Positions 63,340 to 64,000 of a stretch of DNA of 64,000 nt are shown here, in pieces. The stretch covers positions 16,697 to 80,696 of the forward strand of contig JASMLK010000080.1 in assembly GCA_030748735.1 (NCBI GenBank), given 5' to 3'. Positions within the stretch are counted from its first letter, which is position 1; each line of letters starts with the position of its first letter. The notes beneath the pieces are model-generated. The model was not told the origin of the DNA. It did not search any database and was given only the letters and a program-made list of their open reading frames with translations. The position numbers and the translations under genes are program-made. The stretch comes from Myxococcota bacterium (lineage in GTDB: Bacteria > Myxococcota_A > UBA9160 > UBA4427).

Positions 63340-64000
63340 CCGATCCGGTCGACCATCACTTCGCCGCGACCGACCACGCAGTCGATCGCGCGCTGCGGGT
63401 CGTCGTAGTCGGCGAGTTTTTCGAGAGGGTTGATGGGACTCAAGACCAGGTCGGCCACCATGCCGGGTGCCACCCGGCCGATCTCGCCTTCGAGACGGCA
63501 GAGCTTCACGTTGGTCTGATAGATCGACCGGAGCACGTCTTCGGCCGGTTCGAGTTCGGCGCGAATGCGGAATTCCTGACTCTGCCAGGCTTGCGCTTCG
63601 CCGAGCAGGTCGGTCCCGAAACCCAATTCGACACCGGCGCGCTTCGCGATTTCGATCGACGCCCTGCCCTGCTCGAAGACGCCCGAGTTCTTGTCGACGT
63701 TGACCTGGGGCAGACCCACCTTGGCACCGATTTCCGCCATCGCCTTGTAGGTCACGAGGGTCGGCACCATGGTCACGCCCAGCTCGGCCATCTCGCTCGC
63801 GACGGCGTCGTCGATCAGGTTGCCGTGCTCGATGCACCGCACGCCGTTTTCGATGGCGAGACGGATCGCGTCGGGCTGGTACGCATGCGAAGTCGTGTAG
63901 GTGTTGCGGTGGTCGGTTTCGGTGGTCGCTGCCTTCACCTCTTCAGGCGTGTATTGGAGCGAGTCGAACGGGTCCGTGGGCGACGCGACGCCGCCCGACG
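63336..64000 (-). CDS. Metal-dependent amidohydrolase family protein (partial; N-terminus beyond the window end)
   Basis: The frame stays open upstream of the listed ORF to the window edge (..SGGVASPTDPFDSLQYTPEEVKAATTE..). HAY..IRLAIENGVRCIEHG.. and GFGTDL are amidohydrolase motifs. Confidence 0.8.
   Translation of the reverse strand, partial: SGGVASPTDPFDSLQYTPEEVKAATTETDHRNTYTTSHAYQPDAIRLAIENGVRCIEHGNLIDDAVASEMAELGVTMVPTLVTYKAMAEIGAKVGLPQVNVDKNSGVFEQGRASIEIAKRAGVELGFGTDLLGEAQAWQSQEFRIRAELEPAEDVLRSIYQTNVKLCRLEGEIGRVAPGMVADLVLSPINPLEKLADYDDPQRAIDCVVGRGEVMVDRIG

Noticed and set aside
1-64000. Genome-wide reassignment of UGA (genetic code 4 or 25) as the explanation for the in-frame TGAs.
   Set aside because: Many well-supported genes here end at TGA, for example 1434-1436 and 12538-12540. 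The in-frame TGAs occur only at redox Cys positions. That fits Sec recoding, not reassignment.
1-64000. Search of the intergenic regions for tRNA (including tRNA-Sec), rRNA, CRISPR repeats, transposases/integrases, and selA/selB/selD.
   Set aside because: I could recognise none by eye. Their absence from this window says nothing about the rest of the genome. A tRNAscan/Infernal run is needed for certainty.

Overview
This is a visibly GC-rich bacterial chromosome segment. Type IV pilins and a beta-barrel outer-membrane protein ending in Phe suggest a diderm. It carries about 60 genes, mostly acyl-CoA, redox and hydrolase metabolism. I saw no rRNA, tRNA, CRISPR array or transposase.

The main result is four genes whose frames are broken by a single in-frame TGA. 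In each case the TGA falls on a redox-active Cys position of a conserved thiol-oxidoreductase motif: W-U-P-P-C, C-F-Y-U-x-x-x-H (twice) and G-U-L-F-C-R-E. The rest of each motif and domain continues in frame after the TGA. Each TGA is followed 13-18 nt later by a 6-8 bp hairpin with a G in the apical loop, which looks like a bacterial SECIS element. I read these as selenocysteine (Sec, U) genes that the ORF track and ordinary gene callers split in two.

Three of the four lie within about 6 kb (44.1-50.4 kb), alongside two DsbA/GST-kappa-fold genes, a short-chain dehydrogenase (SDR) and a DUF1330 gene. A 180-nt imperfect inverted repeat sits just upstream. This is a candidate selenium-dependent thiol/peroxide redox island that I do not recognise as a described system. 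The fourth Sec gene (5556-6791) fuses a Prx-like domain to a DsbD-alpha-like domain. No selA, selB, selD or tRNA-Sec gene is visible in this window.

Other content:
- A carboxylase, CitE-like lyase, MaoC hydratase and CoA-transferase cluster, colinear with M. tuberculosis Rv2498c-Rv2504c.
- Two paralogous 800-aa tandem family III CoA-transferases.
- Two paralogous pilins 35 kb apart, one followed by a 591-aa orphan.
- A Kef-type antiporter fused to a PTS EIIA domain, next to a K+ channel and a CofD-like gene.
- Several F420-type (LLM, DDN) genes.
- An unusual number of gene fragments and frameshifts.

All coordinates and motifs were derived by hand from the sequence. All family calls rest on motif recognition, not on searches.
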